NCBI GenBank assembly: GCA_963823665.1
Contig: CAWGMQ010000006.1
Location: forward strand, 960,001 to 1,024,000
Length of the DNA stretch: 64,000 nucleotides
Source: an uncultured Planctomycetota bacterium
GTDB taxonomy: Bacteria; Planctomycetota; Planctomycetia; Isosphaerales; Isosphaeraceae
Reading direction: 5' to 3'
The position numbers were made by a program, and so were the translations under genes. Below the pieces are notes generated by a model. The model saw only the letters and a program-made list of their open reading frames with translations. It was not told the DNA's origin and searched no databases. Positions 1-10,479 of this stretch are shown here, piece by piece (the stretch's first letter is position 1; each line of letters begins with the position of its first letter).

Positions 1-211
1 GAAACGCATCGTCGGCGTCAGGTCCTCCGGAGAGCATCCGCCGGCACGTTCCCATCACCATTGGCCCGTGCCTCGCCACGAGCGCGGCGAACGCAAGCTC
101 GTCGCGCTGCTCGAGGTAGCGTGCCAGAAGCTGCCATTCCGAGAGCCCGGAGACAGTCTCGCCTTGAAAGATCCGCTCCAGCTCGGGTGTTGCCAGTCGG
201 TGATGGCTCAT
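1..211 (-). CDS. ECF sigma-70 factor, planctomycete extended type (5' part; runs off left edge)
   Basis: Manual translation from ATG at 211 (not in ORF track): MSHHRLATPELERIFQGETVSGLSEWQLLARYLEQRDELAFAALVARHGPMVMGTCRRMLSGGPDADDAF. Same RHGPMV..C...DA.DAF sigma-2 motif as genes at 5281 and 21948; GAGG upstream. Confidence 0.85.
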   Translation of the reverse strand, partial: MSHHRLATPELERIFQGETVSGLSEWQLLARYLEQRDELAFAALVARHGPMVMGTCRRMLSGGPDADDAF

Positions 212-428
212 GGTGTAGTTCCTCGAGCTCGTGCCCTTTCTGTTTATGATGATGTCGTGTCGGCCTCCGATCGATACAATTTTCTTCGAATATTCCAAAC
301 CGCGCCGGAGGAATGCGTAACTTCACGTGAACCTCACCCGGCGCGTTCCAGCGAATCTCTTTGCATATCATCGCCGGACTGAAGCGATCCGCCGCCTTCG
401 CATCCGGCCCATCTGGCTCGACCAGGCT

Positions 429-797
429 TCACACCGACGGCAGCGCCACGAACGTGAGTGTCGCCTTGCCGTGGACGGGTCCCTTCCCCTTGGCCTGCAC
501 CACGCTCAGGAGGACCTCGCCGCTGCCCGTGTCGCCCGCGTAGGTCCCACTTGAGCCGGTGATCGTGAAGAATACCGGTTGATCGTGTCCCCGCGTGCTG
601 AGACTGGCCGTGATCTTGCCGTGTTTTCTGGTCGCGCTCGCGATCGTAACCGTCCCGGTCGGGCTCGCGGCGCCGTAATTGATCGACCCCTTTAATGTGA
701 CTTTGCCGAGCGGGCTGACGTTGCCCTTGTCGCTGAATGCTGTCAGATTCATCCCTCCCTGATTGGATAGGGGAGAGGGCGTGCAGCAAGACGCCAT
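429..797 (-). CDS. Hypothetical small beta-rich protein, probably secreted; 5' end uncertain
   Basis: Gly/Thr-rich beta-strand pattern (GTVTIAS, FTITGSSGTYAGDTGSGEV); possible true start near 828 with an indel. Confidence 0.5.
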   Translation of the reverse strand: MASCCTPSPLSNQGGMNLTAFSDKGNVSPLGKVTLKGSINYGAASPTGTVTIASATRKHGKITASLSTRGHDQPVFFTITGSSGTYAGDTGSGEVLLSVVQAKGKGPVHGKATLTFVALPSV

Positions 798-920
798 GAT
801 GACCGTTTGGTGAAAATCGTTTCCACATTGCCGTAATCTCCAGGCTGTGATAGCTTAACGGCTCGAATCCAAACGCCGTCCGAGCACGATTCGGGCGAGG
901 CAGGGAGGCCACGGCGACCG

Positions 921-1859
921 ATGGATGAATCCCAGGCGGCGATCTGGTTCGTCGGCGATCTGAATGATGCGTGGGTCGCGTCGATTGCGGACGCGCTTCC
1001 CGTTGCTCACGGCGTCGTTCGTATTCAGTGCACGGGCGAGCTGATGCGCGGACCGCTGTTTGCAGCCGATCATCCGCCTCGGCTGATCGTCGTGCACCGC
1101 CAAACACTTGCCCCCGTTGATGCCCAGTGGCTCAAGGATTGGCGGCCAGACGCCGTGTCGACAACGTCGCCTGCTCTCATTCTGTGCGTCGGTCCTTACG
1201 TGCGTTACGAGGAACTGGAGCGCTATTCGGGACTGGTCGACCTGGTGCTTTCCGAAGCGACGGCCGCGGATGTAATCCCCCGCCACGTGGCGCGCCTGCT
1301 CGACGGCCGCCCCACCCGCATGCCCCGAGCCGACACCGATCCCCCTGTTCGCGTGCTGGTGGCGAGCACAAGCGCCGAATTGTCTGATACGATCGCCGAG
1401 GCGTGTGCCGCAGCCGGGTATCCCGTCGAACGAATCGACGACCAGGAGGTTGGAAACCAGTCGGCCGGTGGCAACGAGCATTCGCGGTCGGGCGAAACGC
1501 TCATCACAGTCTGGGATGTTCCCGTCCTCGAGGAATGGACCGAGCGATTGAAACGGCATGCGCGAAACACCGGCCCCGTCGTCGCCTTGATGGGGTTTCC
1601 TGACCGGAATATGGTCGCTGTCGCCAAGTCGACGGGCGCCATCGCGTGCCTGGAGCTCCCGCTCAATCTCGAAGATCTCGTTGACTTGATCGAACGCTTC
1701 GCGAATTCCCTGGCCCGCGACCCACGCCCTGCCGCGCCCCGCGCCGAACTACCCCACACGCTCCCCCCTCGCCCGCGCCGCGGGCTCGCCGGGCAGCGCA
1801 GCTCCAAAAACGCACCGGAGTGGCCAGTTCCGTCCCGGGCGCCTAGAATTGCAAAGTAG
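921..1859 (+). CDS. Hypothetical protein with degenerate receiver-like alpha/beta domains
   Basis: 312 aa, GGAGG RBS; receiver-like segments (RVLVAS..., ITVWDVP, VVALMGF, GAIACLELPLNLEDL). Confidence 0.65.
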   Translation: MDESQAAIWFVGDLNDAWVASIADALPVAHGVVRIQCTGELMRGPLFAADHPPRLIVVHRQTLAPVDAQWLKDWRPDAVSTTSPALILCVGPYVRYEELERYSGLVDLVLSEATAADVIPRHVARLLDGRPTRMPRADTDPPVRVLVASTSAELSDTIAEACAAAGYPVERIDDQEVGNQSAGGNEHSRSGETLITVWDVPVLEEWTERLKRHARNTGPVVALMGFPDRNMVAVAKSTGAIACLELPLNLEDLVDLIERFANSLARDPRPAAPRAELPHTLPPRPRRGLAGQRSSKNAPEWPVPSRAPRIAK

Positions 1860-1910
1860 GTTGCGGCCGACTGACACCCGGCAACAGACAATTGATGCTT
1901 CAGAGAGGAC

Positions 1911-4900
1911 ATGCCCAAGACGAAACCGAAAACCGGCGCCGGCCCGAAGATCCTGGGGCTCTCGGATCTGACCAGGGAGATCCAGCGCGCGCCGGGATTC
2001 GGCGAGGTCTTGGCGGCCCTCAAGAACGGCAAGAGCGCCACCGTCGACGGCGCATGGGGGTCTGCCTCCGCTCTTGCGGCTGCGGCGCTCGCTCTGCACG
2101 CTCCCAGCACGTTCGTCATCGTGATCGCCCACGTCGGCGATGTCGACGATTTCCGCGACGATGTCGCCACGTTCGCCGGAATCGTGCCCGAGGTCTTTCC
2201 GGCGTGGGAAAAGCCGCCGCGAGAGCTCAGCGCCGTCGATGAGGTCTTCGGGCGGCGAATGCGCGTGCTCCGGCTGCTCTCGGGCCAGAGCCCGCCGCGC
2301 CTGGTTGTCACACCGTTTCAAGCGACGCTCCAGCCCGTTCCCAAACCAGAGCTGCTCGCGCGGATTGTTCGCACCGTGGCCGTCGGCCAGGTCGTGCCGA
2401 TCGAAGAATTGACCGCCTGGATGCTCGAGCGCGGCATGTCGCGTGCCGAGGTCGTCGAGGTGCCCGGCGAGTTCAGCTCGCGAGGCGGGATCCTCGACGT
2501 CTTTCCCACCGATGCAACCGACCCCGTTCGCATCGAGTTCTTCGGCGACGAGATCGAGTCCATCCGCCCGTTCGACGTCGAATCCCAGCGCTCGCTCGAC
2601 CGCTGGAATTCCGTCACACTGACGGCCGCGATCGGCCTGGGCGAGAGTGATCTCGCCGGTTTCGGTCATCCCGTCGATTTCTTTCCGGAGGGTACCTGGG
2701 TCGCGCTGATCGAGCCCTCCGACCTGCGTGAGGAAGGGCGGCATTACCTCGAGCGTCTTGAAGACCGCCGCGGTCTTTACAGCGTCGAAACCAGCTTCGA
2801 AAAGCTCATTCGCTCTCCCACGATAGCGGTCTCGACGCTGGCGGCCGACTCGCTCGAGACCACCTGTCATATGCGGATCGAGAGCATCGAACGGTTCTCC
2901 GGTGAGCTCACCAAGGTCAAGGCCGAGCTTGAAACCGCTGCGGAGGGTGAAGACGTCCTGATCGCTTGCCATAACGCCGCCGAGGTCGAGCGGCTCAGCG
3001 GAAGTCTTCTCCGATACCGAGCTCGCGCGAACGCGGCGGCTGCATCTGACCGAAGGCCGCATCCGAGCCGGCTTCCACCTGATCGATTCGCGCAGCGCTG
3101 GTGATCGGCGACCACGAGCTCTTCGCGCGCGCCGAGGTGCGCCGGCCCGTGACGCGGCGGCGATACGAGAGCCGGGCCATCGACAGCTTCCTCGACTTGA
3201 ACGAGGGAGACCTGGTCGTCCATGTCAATCACGGAATCGCTCGATATCTCGGCCTTCATTTCGTCGACCAGTCGGCTGAACACGCCGAGGAAACCCTGCT
3301 CCTCGAGTTCGCCGAAGGCACGCGGCTGTTTGTCCCTGTCGCCAAGATCGACCTGGTGCAGAAATACGTCGGCGGCGGCAAAGGCACGCCGGCGCTTTCC
3401 AAGATGGGCTCGTCCACCTGGGAAAAACGCAAGAAACGCGTGGCTGAGGCCGTTGTCGATCTCGCTCAAGAGCTGATCGATATCCAGGCACAACGGGCCG
3501 CTCGCCCGGGAATCGCCTATCCGGCTCAGGACTCGCACTGGGTGGCTGAGTTTGAAGCGGCCTTCCCTTACGAGGAAACGCCAGACCAGCTCTCGGCCAT
3601 CGAAGCCGTCAAGCGCGACATGGCCCAGGGCAAGCCCATGGACCGCTTGATTTGCGGTGATGTCGGCTACGGCAAGACCGAAGTCGCCATCCGCGGCGCC
3701 TTCCGGGCGGTCGACGCCGGCAAGCAGGTGGCCGTGCTCGTGCCCACCACGATCCTGGCCGAACAACACCATCGCAGCTTCGCCGCCCGCATGGCCGAAT
3801 TCCCGTTCGTGATCGAAGTCGTCAACCGGTTCCGCCCCAAGGCCGCGATCCGCGAGGTCTTGAAGAGCGCCGCCGCGGGAAAAGTCGACATCCTGATCGG
3901 AACCCACCGCATCCTCCAGAAAGACGTCGCGTTCAAGGATCTGGGTCTGGTCATCATCGACGAGGAACAGCGGTTCGGCGTGGAGGACAAGGAATGGCTC
4001 AAAACCCTGCGCAGCACGGTTGACGTGCTCACACTCTCGGCCACGCCCATTCCGCGCACTTTGCACATGAGCCTGCTCGGCATACGCGATATCTCCAACC
4101 TCGAAACGCCTCCCCCTGACCGCAAGGCGATCGAGACGCGCGTGCTGCGGTTCGATCGTGAGGTCATCAAGCGCGCCATTCACCGTGAGCTCAATCGCGA
4201 CGGACAAATCTATTTCGTCCATAACCGTGTCTACGACATCACCACCATCGCCGATTGCATTCAATCGATCGTCCCCGAGGCCCGGATCGGAATTGCTCAC
4301 GGCCAGATGTCCGGCGACGAGCTCGAGCGCACGATGATGAGTTTCATCAACCGCAAGTTCGACATCCTCGTCGCCACCACGATCATCGAGAGCGGGCTCG
4401 ATATTCCCAACGTCAACACGATCTTCATCAATGAGGCCGACAAGTACGGTCTGGCTGACCTCCATCAGCTTCGAGGCCGGGTCGGCCGCTACAAGCACCG
4501 TGCTTACGCCTACCTGATGCTCGAGTCGGATCGGCCCGTCACACCCAACGCCGTGAAGCGATTGAAGGCGATCGAAGAATTCACGCTCCTGGGCGCCGGG
4601 TTCAAGATCGCCCTTCGCGACCTGGAAATCCGCGGCGCCGGCAACATCTTGGGCGCCGAGCAGTCCGGCCACATCGAGAGCGTCGGTTACGAGCTCTACT
4701 GCTCGCTCCTCGAAACGGCCGCGAGGTCCTTGACCAACCAGCCCGATCGGCCGCTGTTCGAGTGTTCGGTCGAGCTCAAGTGGCGGGCCTACCTCCCGCG
4801 CGACTACGTTACATCGCCGCGCGATCAAGCTCGAGCTCTACCGAAGGATCGGCCGCCTTCGCTCGCTCTCCCACCTCTCTGACCTGCGCCAGGAAATGAT

Positions 4901-5183
4901 CGACCGGTTCGGGCTCCTCCCCCGCCCCGCCGAGACCCTGCTCGTCGAAACCGAGATCCGGATCCTTTCCGGCGCCTGGAAACTCAACCGCATCCACGTT
5001 GAACAGGGGCAATATATCGTCCTCTCCTACGGCAACTCCTCCCGCATCGAAGCCCTCGCCCGCCGCCACCCCCCGGGCACCGTCCGGATCGTCGACGCCA
5101 AGCACGCCTACGTCCCCCTGGGCGATGACCCGGTCAAGACCCCCGAAATCGCCCAGCGCCTCCTCGCGCTCCTGCGACCGTGA
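1911..5183 (+). CDS. mfd: Transcription-repair coupling factor Mfd (three +1 indels near 3000, 3095, 4822)
   Basis: UvrB-like RGGILDVFP, CarD-like GDLVVHVNHGI, helicase motifs GDVGYGKTEVA, DEEQRFG, SATPIPRTL, QLRGRVGR, DLEIRGAGNILG and C-terminal TRCF (DRFG). Removing three single bases joins ORFs 1911-3104, 3101-4882 and 4896-5183. Confidence 0.95.
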
Positions 5184-5280
5184 TGCACGAAAAAAAACTG
5201 TGACGATTCGGCGCCGCACCGCACAGTATGATGAGTGCAGATTCGACCAATCAGCAATCATCACTCGCTGAGCGGATCCC

Positions 5281-7140
5281 ATGTCCACGAAACGGCTCCT
5301 GCCAGGCTTCCGAAGCTTCGTCACGCTGTTCGACTCCGGCAGTCTGGGCTCACAGAGCGACCGCGACCTGCTCGAGTGCTTCCAGACCGACCCCGGTCCG
5401 ATCGGTCAGGAGGCGTTCCGCATCCTCGTCGAGCGCCACGGCCCGATGGTCCTCGGTCTTTGTCGCAGCGTCGTTCGCGATCAGCACGAAGCCGAGGATG
5501 CCTTCCAGGCCACATTCCTCGTGCTCGTCCGCAAGGCGGCGTCGATCGAGCGCAGGGATACCCTCGGGCCTTGGCTGCACGGCGTCGCGGCCAAGGTCGC
5601 TCGACGAGCGCGCCACCGGCTGAATGATCGCCGCAAACACGAAGTCCCCGTCGCACCAGACATTCCCGGCCGCGATCTCGCTGCCGTGGACGACGGCCGT
5701 TCCGAGCGCCTCGTCCACGAAGAGATCGCCAGGTTGCCTGACTCATTCCGCAAACCCCTCGTTCTCTGTTGCCTGCAAGGCTTGAGCTACGACCTGGCCG
5801 CTCAGCAACTGGGAGTAAACCCCTCGACGCTGCGCGGCCGCCTCGAGCGCGCCAGAAAACGGCTTCATTCGCGATTGCAGCGACGCGGCATTCCCGTTCA
5901 TGCCGGCGGGCCGTCCATCGCATCGCTTCCGGTCTCATTGCCCCCCCTGCCCTGCCCGTTGATCGAAGCCACGGTTCAATTCTCGTTGAAATGGTCGCGC
6001 CTGACCGGCCTCCTCGGAGGCGGCACGGTCGTTCCCCAATCGATCGCAGCGCTCGCACAAGGAGTAGTCCAATCCATGTTCTTGCAAACGATTCGAGTAT
6101 CGGCCGCGGCCTTGCTGGCTATTGGCGCAATCGGAACGGTCGTCGTGGCTCAACAAAGAACGGGCCGCGTGGCCGAGGATGCCGACCCCGCCATTGCGGG
6201 GCGTGCGCAGGAAGATTCCATCAAGCGAACGAAGAAAAGAACCCCCGATCAGCCCGACGGCAATGTCACAGCCGTTGATGAGAAACGGCTTTTGATCACC
6301 CGCTCGGACTCGTTTGAGTATTCGCGCGATCCCAAAGGCGGTTCACCGTTCGCGTCTCGAGACGTCCCGCCGAGATTTGCCCTGATCGGCAAGATGGATA
6401 TCGACCGTGACGGCAGCGACGATCGGAAAGAACTCAAGGGAATGATCCAGGGCGCCGGAGGAGTCGTCGATTTTGACCTCCCGCCGCCGGACTCAGGCAA
6501 GGAAACCGGCAAGATAAGCCCCAAGCTCGATTGGTACGTGATCGATGAGCGGCTGCCGTTGCGTGAATCTGGTCAGCAAGCGGTAGGCCCACTCCTTCCG
6601 GACGCCAAGTTTTCCGAGCGCGTGCGAGCGGCTGTGAAAGAGGCTCGTCTGAACGGCATCCGTCCAATGACGATCGGAAAGCTTCTCGCTTATCTCGAGC
6701 AAGACCCGAACGCGAAGCCCGCCGCCGCCAAGGCCGCCCCGATTCCGCGCCCGGACGCCACCGCCCGAGTTCGCCAGAAGCTCGACATGGTTGTCGGCGC
6801 CGATTTTCCAAAAACCGCGTCGCTCGAAACATTGTTGAAAACCATCAAGAAAATCACGACGGATGCGACATACCCAGGCATTCCGATTTACGTCGATCCA
6901 GCCGGAATCAAGGATGTCAAGCTGACGATGGAAGCCCAGGTCACGGAGATCGTCGGAGATCAGCCAATTCGCAACGTTCTCTCGGATTCCTTGCGCCCGC
7001 TGGGCTTGATGTACGACGTCCGCGACGGGTTCTTGATGATCTCATCCCGCACGGCCATCCTCGAGCATCGCGTCGAAGAAATCGATCACAAGCTCGATCG
7101 GGTGATCGAAATGCTCGGCCGACTGGAACAGAAGAATTAA
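5281..7140 (+). CDS. ECF sigma factor with TM helix and long extracytoplasmic extension
   Basis: ERHGPMVLGLCR, EAEDAFQATFLVL, sigma-4 (LPDSFRKPLVLCCLQGLSY...TLRGRLERAR), TM VSAAALLAIGAIGTVVVA, then about 330 aa. Confidence 0.9.
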   Translation: MSTKRLLPGFRSFVTLFDSGSLGSQSDRDLLECFQTDPGPIGQEAFRILVERHGPMVLGLCRSVVRDQHEAEDAFQATFLVLVRKAASIERRDTLGPWLHGVAAKVARRARHRLNDRRKHEVPVAPDIPGRDLAAVDDGRSERLVHEEIARLPDSFRKPLVLCCLQGLSYDLAAQQLGVNPSTLRGRLERARKRLHSRLQRRGIPVHAGGPSIASLPVSLPPLPCPLIEATVQFSLKWSRLTGLLGGGTVVPQSIAALAQGVVQSMFLQTIRVSAAALLAIGAIGTVVVAQQRTGRVAEDADPAIAGRAQEDSIKRTKKRTPDQPDGNVTAVDEKRLLITRSDSFEYSRDPKGGSPFASRDVPPRFALIGKMDIDRDGSDDRKELKGMIQGAGGVVDFDLPPPDSGKETGKISPKLDWYVIDERLPLRESGQQAVGPLLPDAKFSERVRAAVKEARLNGIRPMTIGKLLAYLEQDPNAKPAAAKAAPIPRPDATARVRQKLDMVVGADFPKTASLETLLKTIKKITTDATYPGIPIYVDPAGIKDVKLTMEAQVTEIVGDQPIRNVLSDSLRPLGLMYDVRDGFLMISSRTAILEHRVEEIDHKLDRVIEMLGRLEQKN

Positions 7141-7224
7141 ATCTGAAAGTGTCTCGCCCTGGGCTGTCGAGAACTTGCGATCTAAGGGGCGTTGATTTCC
7201 CGCTGTATTTGTTGCGCAAACCTT

Positions 7225-7245
7225 CCCCCCCTTTAGAAGGGGGGG
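7225..7245. repeat. Palindrome CCCCCCCTT-TAG-AAGGGGGGG between convergent genes (REP-like or bidirectional terminator)
   Basis: Perfect 9-bp inverted repeat. Confidence 0.5.
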
Positions 7246-7285
7246 TTAGGGGAGGTGCATTCCGGCGGCTCCGCTAAGCCGCCGC

Positions 7286-7723
7286 TCACGAACGCCCGCT
7301 TCTCTTCTTGGTTGACTTCGCCTTGCCGGGCGGCCGCCCCCGCTTGCCCGTCGCCGTAGCAGTGGTAGCAGCCGTCGGCTTCGTCGTCGTCTTCACCGCC
7401 ACCTTCGGCTGATGATGCTTCAAGTCGTCGACCCAGTCGTTTGCCGCCCGCGCACCGTCGACCATCCCCGTCACGACCGGGTTGTTCGCCGGAATCGACC
7501 TGGCGATCAAAACGACAGGAAACACCGTCCCGTATGAGAACGAGTACGACATCGTGTAAACCATCCTGGAGAGAAATCGACCCGCTGCCGGCAGCGCATC
7601 TCCTGCGTTGGCCTTCGCCTGCGCAGCACCATCCTTCGCCGCCTGCACAGCCATCTCCCATGCATCCGACACAACCTGAAGCGCATCACGCGACGGCGCC
7701 ACTGTGAACCCGTTTTTCGACAT
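7286..7723 (-). CDS. Conserved hypothetical protein with Lys/Thr-rich basic tail
   Basis: 145 aa; AGGGTG RBS; amphipathic core and tail TATGKRGRPPGKAKSTKKRSGRS. Confidence 0.7.
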   Translation of the reverse strand: MSKNGFTVAPSRDALQVVSDAWEMAVQAAKDGAAQAKANAGDALPAAGRFLSRMVYTMSYSFSYGTVFPVVLIARSIPANNPVVTGMVDGARAANDWVDDLKHHQPKVAVKTTTKPTAATTATATGKRGRPPGKAKSTKKRSGRS

Positions 7724-7821
7724 GAGTGATCACCCTTTGAAAGTTACTCTGGGAAGATTGCGTTGTTCTGGCTAGGATCGATAGCCGGTGACGTTCTTTT
7801 GCGGAGAGGGTCTGTCGGCAA

Positions 7822-8178
7822 ATGCGTGAGGAGCGGAAATTGAACGGGACGAAGACGTCGAGCATTGCGGGAAAGCGGCCGCGCCAGGGGCGGGCATCCA
7901 ATCTGACGGTTGATCAATTAGAGCAAATCCGCAGGGTCCGGAACATGCCCACGGAGGTTGGGGTCTTGCTGATCGTCTCCGGAATTGGCGGAATCTTGCT
8001 CCCGGGGCCGGTCGGAACGCCATTTCTGGTCCTGGGCTGCCTGATGCTCTGGCCGAAGGCCTTCCACGGGATCGGAATCTGTCTCGAATCGCAATTCCCC
8101 AAAATGCATCATCACGGCGTCACGCAAATCAACCGATTCCTGGATGACCTGGAGCAGCGGTATCCGCCTTCCAAGTAG
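7822..8178 (+). CDS. Small membrane protein (PGPG-type hairpin)
   Basis: Hydrophobic hairpin GVLLIVSGIGGILLPGPVGTPFLVLGCLMLWP. Confidence 0.7.
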   Translation: MREERKLNGTKTSSIAGKRPRQGRASNLTVDQLEQIRRVRNMPTEVGVLLIVSGIGGILLPGPVGTPFLVLGCLMLWPKAFHGIGICLESQFPKMHHHGVTQINRFLDDLEQRYPPSK

Positions 8179-8208
8179 AATCATACCACGCACCAGACAG
8201 CAGGCGGA

Positions 8209-9333
8209 TCACCTCGTACCGGTCCCAGGCCGAGGAGGCTGAGGCGGGGCTTTCTTTTGCAGGTCTTGATAATCCATCCCTGAGAAGAAGTCGCCGACCT
8301 CGTTGCCCGTGGTCTTGGGCGGAGGAGCGCCAGCCAGGGCCGGTGCGACTTCGGTGCGCAGTTCCGACAGTTTCGGATAGAGCGAGTCATACACCTGCTT
8401 CTGAACGGGCGTGGTGGCCTGGCCGAAGCGAAGGTTGTACGCGCTCATGAACTGGAGTAACTGGCCCAAGGTCGCCTCGGGATGCTCGTCCACGCCCGCA
8501 AGCAGGATGTCGAGCGCGGGAGTCTGGAGCATGCCGAGCAAGCCATGCACGGCCTTCAGGTATTTGTCGGCCTCGTCGCGATCCTTCGTGTTCCGCGGCA
8601 GGATCTTGTCGGCCTTGGCCTCGGCTTGGTTGACGACGGCGAGGGCTTTCTCCACGGTTTCGGGGTTCGGCTTCTCACCGTCCCGCAAGTCCTTGCGGAT
8701 CTCCTGGCCCAGACTCTTGAACGCGGCGCGATCTTCGTCAAACGCGGCAGTCAAGAGCGCCGCCGGTGGTTGGCCCTTGGTGAGCCGCTCGATACTGACC
8801 GTGATCGCGCCCGGCGCGTACCGGAAGGGAATATTCCGGATCGCCTGCCCCCCGATCTTCACCTTTGCGCCTTCCAGAGTTCTCGAATACACCCGAGGAT
8901 CTTCAATCTGCGAGACGAGCGCGTTGAGTGCGTCACCCATGTAAATATCTCGAGGCGTGGGGTTATCACGCAGCCTCGCCTGGGTCTTGTCATACGCCTC
9001 GAGGTTCTGGGCCTTGTCGGCAGACATCTTCGCGTGGTACTTGCGATTCGCTTCCTCATTCGATTCGTACATGTATTGATTATAGCGCATCGCGGTATCG
9101 ACGTTGATCGATCGGGCGACGGCCGTCTGCTGGTTGTAATACCCGGCGCCGGCGGCGTAAGCTCCCATGCCGCGGGCCATGCTTCCCTGCGGCGTCTCGC
9201 CGCCGCCGCCCCAGCCCCCCCAGCCGTAGCCGCCGTAGCCGCGCGGGTAACCGTACTGAGCGCGGGCCGCCGCGGCGTGAGTCACCGCCAGAGCAATCAC
9301 GAGCGCCGCGACAATTCGAAGGCTTTGTTTCAT
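8209..9333 (-). CDS. Secreted hypothetical protein
   Basis: Signal peptide MKQSLRIVAALVIALAVTHAAAARA, Gly/Tyr-rich N-terminus, helical body; GGGAG RBS. Confidence 0.8.
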   Translation of the reverse strand: MKQSLRIVAALVIALAVTHAAAARAQYGYPRGYGGYGWGGWGGGGETPQGSMARGMGAYAAGAGYYNQQTAVARSINVDTAMRYNQYMYESNEEANRKYHAKMSADKAQNLEAYDKTQARLRDNPTPRDIYMGDALNALVSQIEDPRVYSRTLEGAKVKIGGQAIRNIPFRYAPGAITVSIERLTKGQPPAALLTAAFDEDRAAFKSLGQEIRKDLRDGEKPNPETVEKALAVVNQAEAKADKILPRNTKDRDEADKYLKAVHGLLGMLQTPALDILLAGVDEHPEATLGQLLQFMSAYNLRFGQATTPVQKQVYDSLYPKLSELRTEVAPALAGAPPPKTTGNEVGDFFSGMDYQDLQKKAPPQPPRPGTGTR

Positions 9334-9512
9334 TCTGATTTCTCCCAAACAAGAGCCCCCCGGACGCCGCATCCGTCGACAGCGTGATTCGGGGAAGTAT
9401 TCAAGTCGGCCTCACGATTCAACATGAAAAAAGACCGACTGACGTTTTATCGATATGACCGTAACTTACTAGAATATCCCGGCGACACTCCGTCGGCAAT
9501 CGAGTAGCGTCG

Positions 9513-10184
9513 CTAAACCAGGAACCGCACCTTCCCCTTGTCGATGTCGTAAACCGCCCCCACGAGCACCGGTTTCGTTTGCCCATCGGGCAGTTTCCTC
9601 TCGCTCAATGCCGCGAGCTGGCGCATCGACCAGCGCACATTGGCCTCCACCGCCCTATGCACGCGTTTGGCCCCCGTCAGTTTGGCAGGAAGGTCCGTGA
9701 GCCCCGGCTCGATCGCCGCCACGAGGGCGGCAATGAACCGTGGCTCCGTTCCCCGTCCCTCGAGCGCGTCGACGGCTGCGGTGACCGCGCCGCACGACTC
9801 GTGGCCCATCACGACGATCAGTGGTGTGTGCAGATGCTGCATCGCGTACTGGAGGCTCCCCAGCACGTCCAGGGAGACAATGTTTCCGGCGACGCGGATC
9901 ACGAACAGGTCGCCAAACCCCTGGTCGAAGACAAGCTCGGGGGGCACTCGCGAGTCGGCGCAGGCCAGAATTGTCGCAAACGGATGTTGACCCGCCTTCA
10001 GGTGCTTGCGCCACGCCGCCGCCTGGTGCGCGTGCCGCAGCTTGCCCGATACAAATCGCGCGTTACCTTGCTTGAGCTGGAGGAGCGCGGCGGCAGCGTC
10101 CTTTGGCCGCGCAACGCGCGATCCGGCGTTGATCTTTGCCCCGGCGGCGGCCGCGCCGCGCTTGGTCTTCGCAGACTTTTTCAT
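9513..10184 (-). CDS. Beta-class carbonic anhydrase
   Basis: Zn motifs CADSR and HESCGA; GDLFVIRVAGN; LKQGNARF. Confidence 0.95.
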   Translation of the reverse strand: MKKSAKTKRGAAAAGAKINAGSRVARPKDAAAALLQLKQGNARFVSGKLRHAHQAAAWRKHLKAGQHPFATILACADSRVPPELVFDQGFGDLFVIRVAGNIVSLDVLGSLQYAMQHLHTPLIVVMGHESCGAVTAAVDALEGRGTEPRFIAALVAAIEPGLTDLPAKLTGAKRVHRAVEANVRWSMRQLAALSERKLPDGQTKPVLVGAVYDIDKGKVRFLV

Positions 10185-10395
10185 GACTTCAGCCCCACTT
10201 CAACTTTGTCAATCTTGCCTTCGAAGCTGATCTCGCCGCCGCGATACCTCAGGTCGGCATTGCCGTGGTCGTCGGTCATGATGAAGACGATGTTGGGCTT
10301 GTCCGCCCCGAGCGTGGTGCTTGTGGTGATACCCGACCAGGCAACGGTGACGGCTGTCAGCAACTTGATTGTCGCCCAGGACTCCGAGCGAATCC
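10181..10395 (-). pseudogene. Arylsulfatase remnant (N-terminus joined to C-terminus)
   Basis: KPNIVFIMTDDHGNADLRYRGGEI (sulfatase N-terminus) followed directly by SFEGKIDKVEVGLK-stop; no CxPxR motif. Confidence 0.7.
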
Positions 10396-10452
10396 ATCCC
10401 GCCGCCGCCGGGTCCCGGAAATCCCAAGTTCAATCGATGCGTGTGCAATTTC

Positions 10453-10479
10453 GGGAGAGCGAGGTTCCCGCCGAGCCGC
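10453..10479. repeat. REP-like element GGGAGAGCGAGGTTCCCGCCGAGCCGC
   Basis: GGGA...TCCC imperfect hairpin; resembles short intergenic repeats I associate with planctomycetes (from recollection, not searched). Confidence 0.45.

Noticed and set aside
18..371. ORF with Tat-like SRRDCL signal
   Set aside because: Shadow frame of the ECF sigma 5' end, which has clear family motifs.
2990..3105. Programmed frameshifting in mfd
   Set aside because: No slippery heptamer; similar indels occur throughout the window, so sequencing error is simpler.
2867..4828. Long antisense ORFs (also 1749-3062, 16581-17954, 44412-45935, 60469-61356)
   Set aside because: Mirror frames of well-supported genes in high-GC DNA; no motifs.
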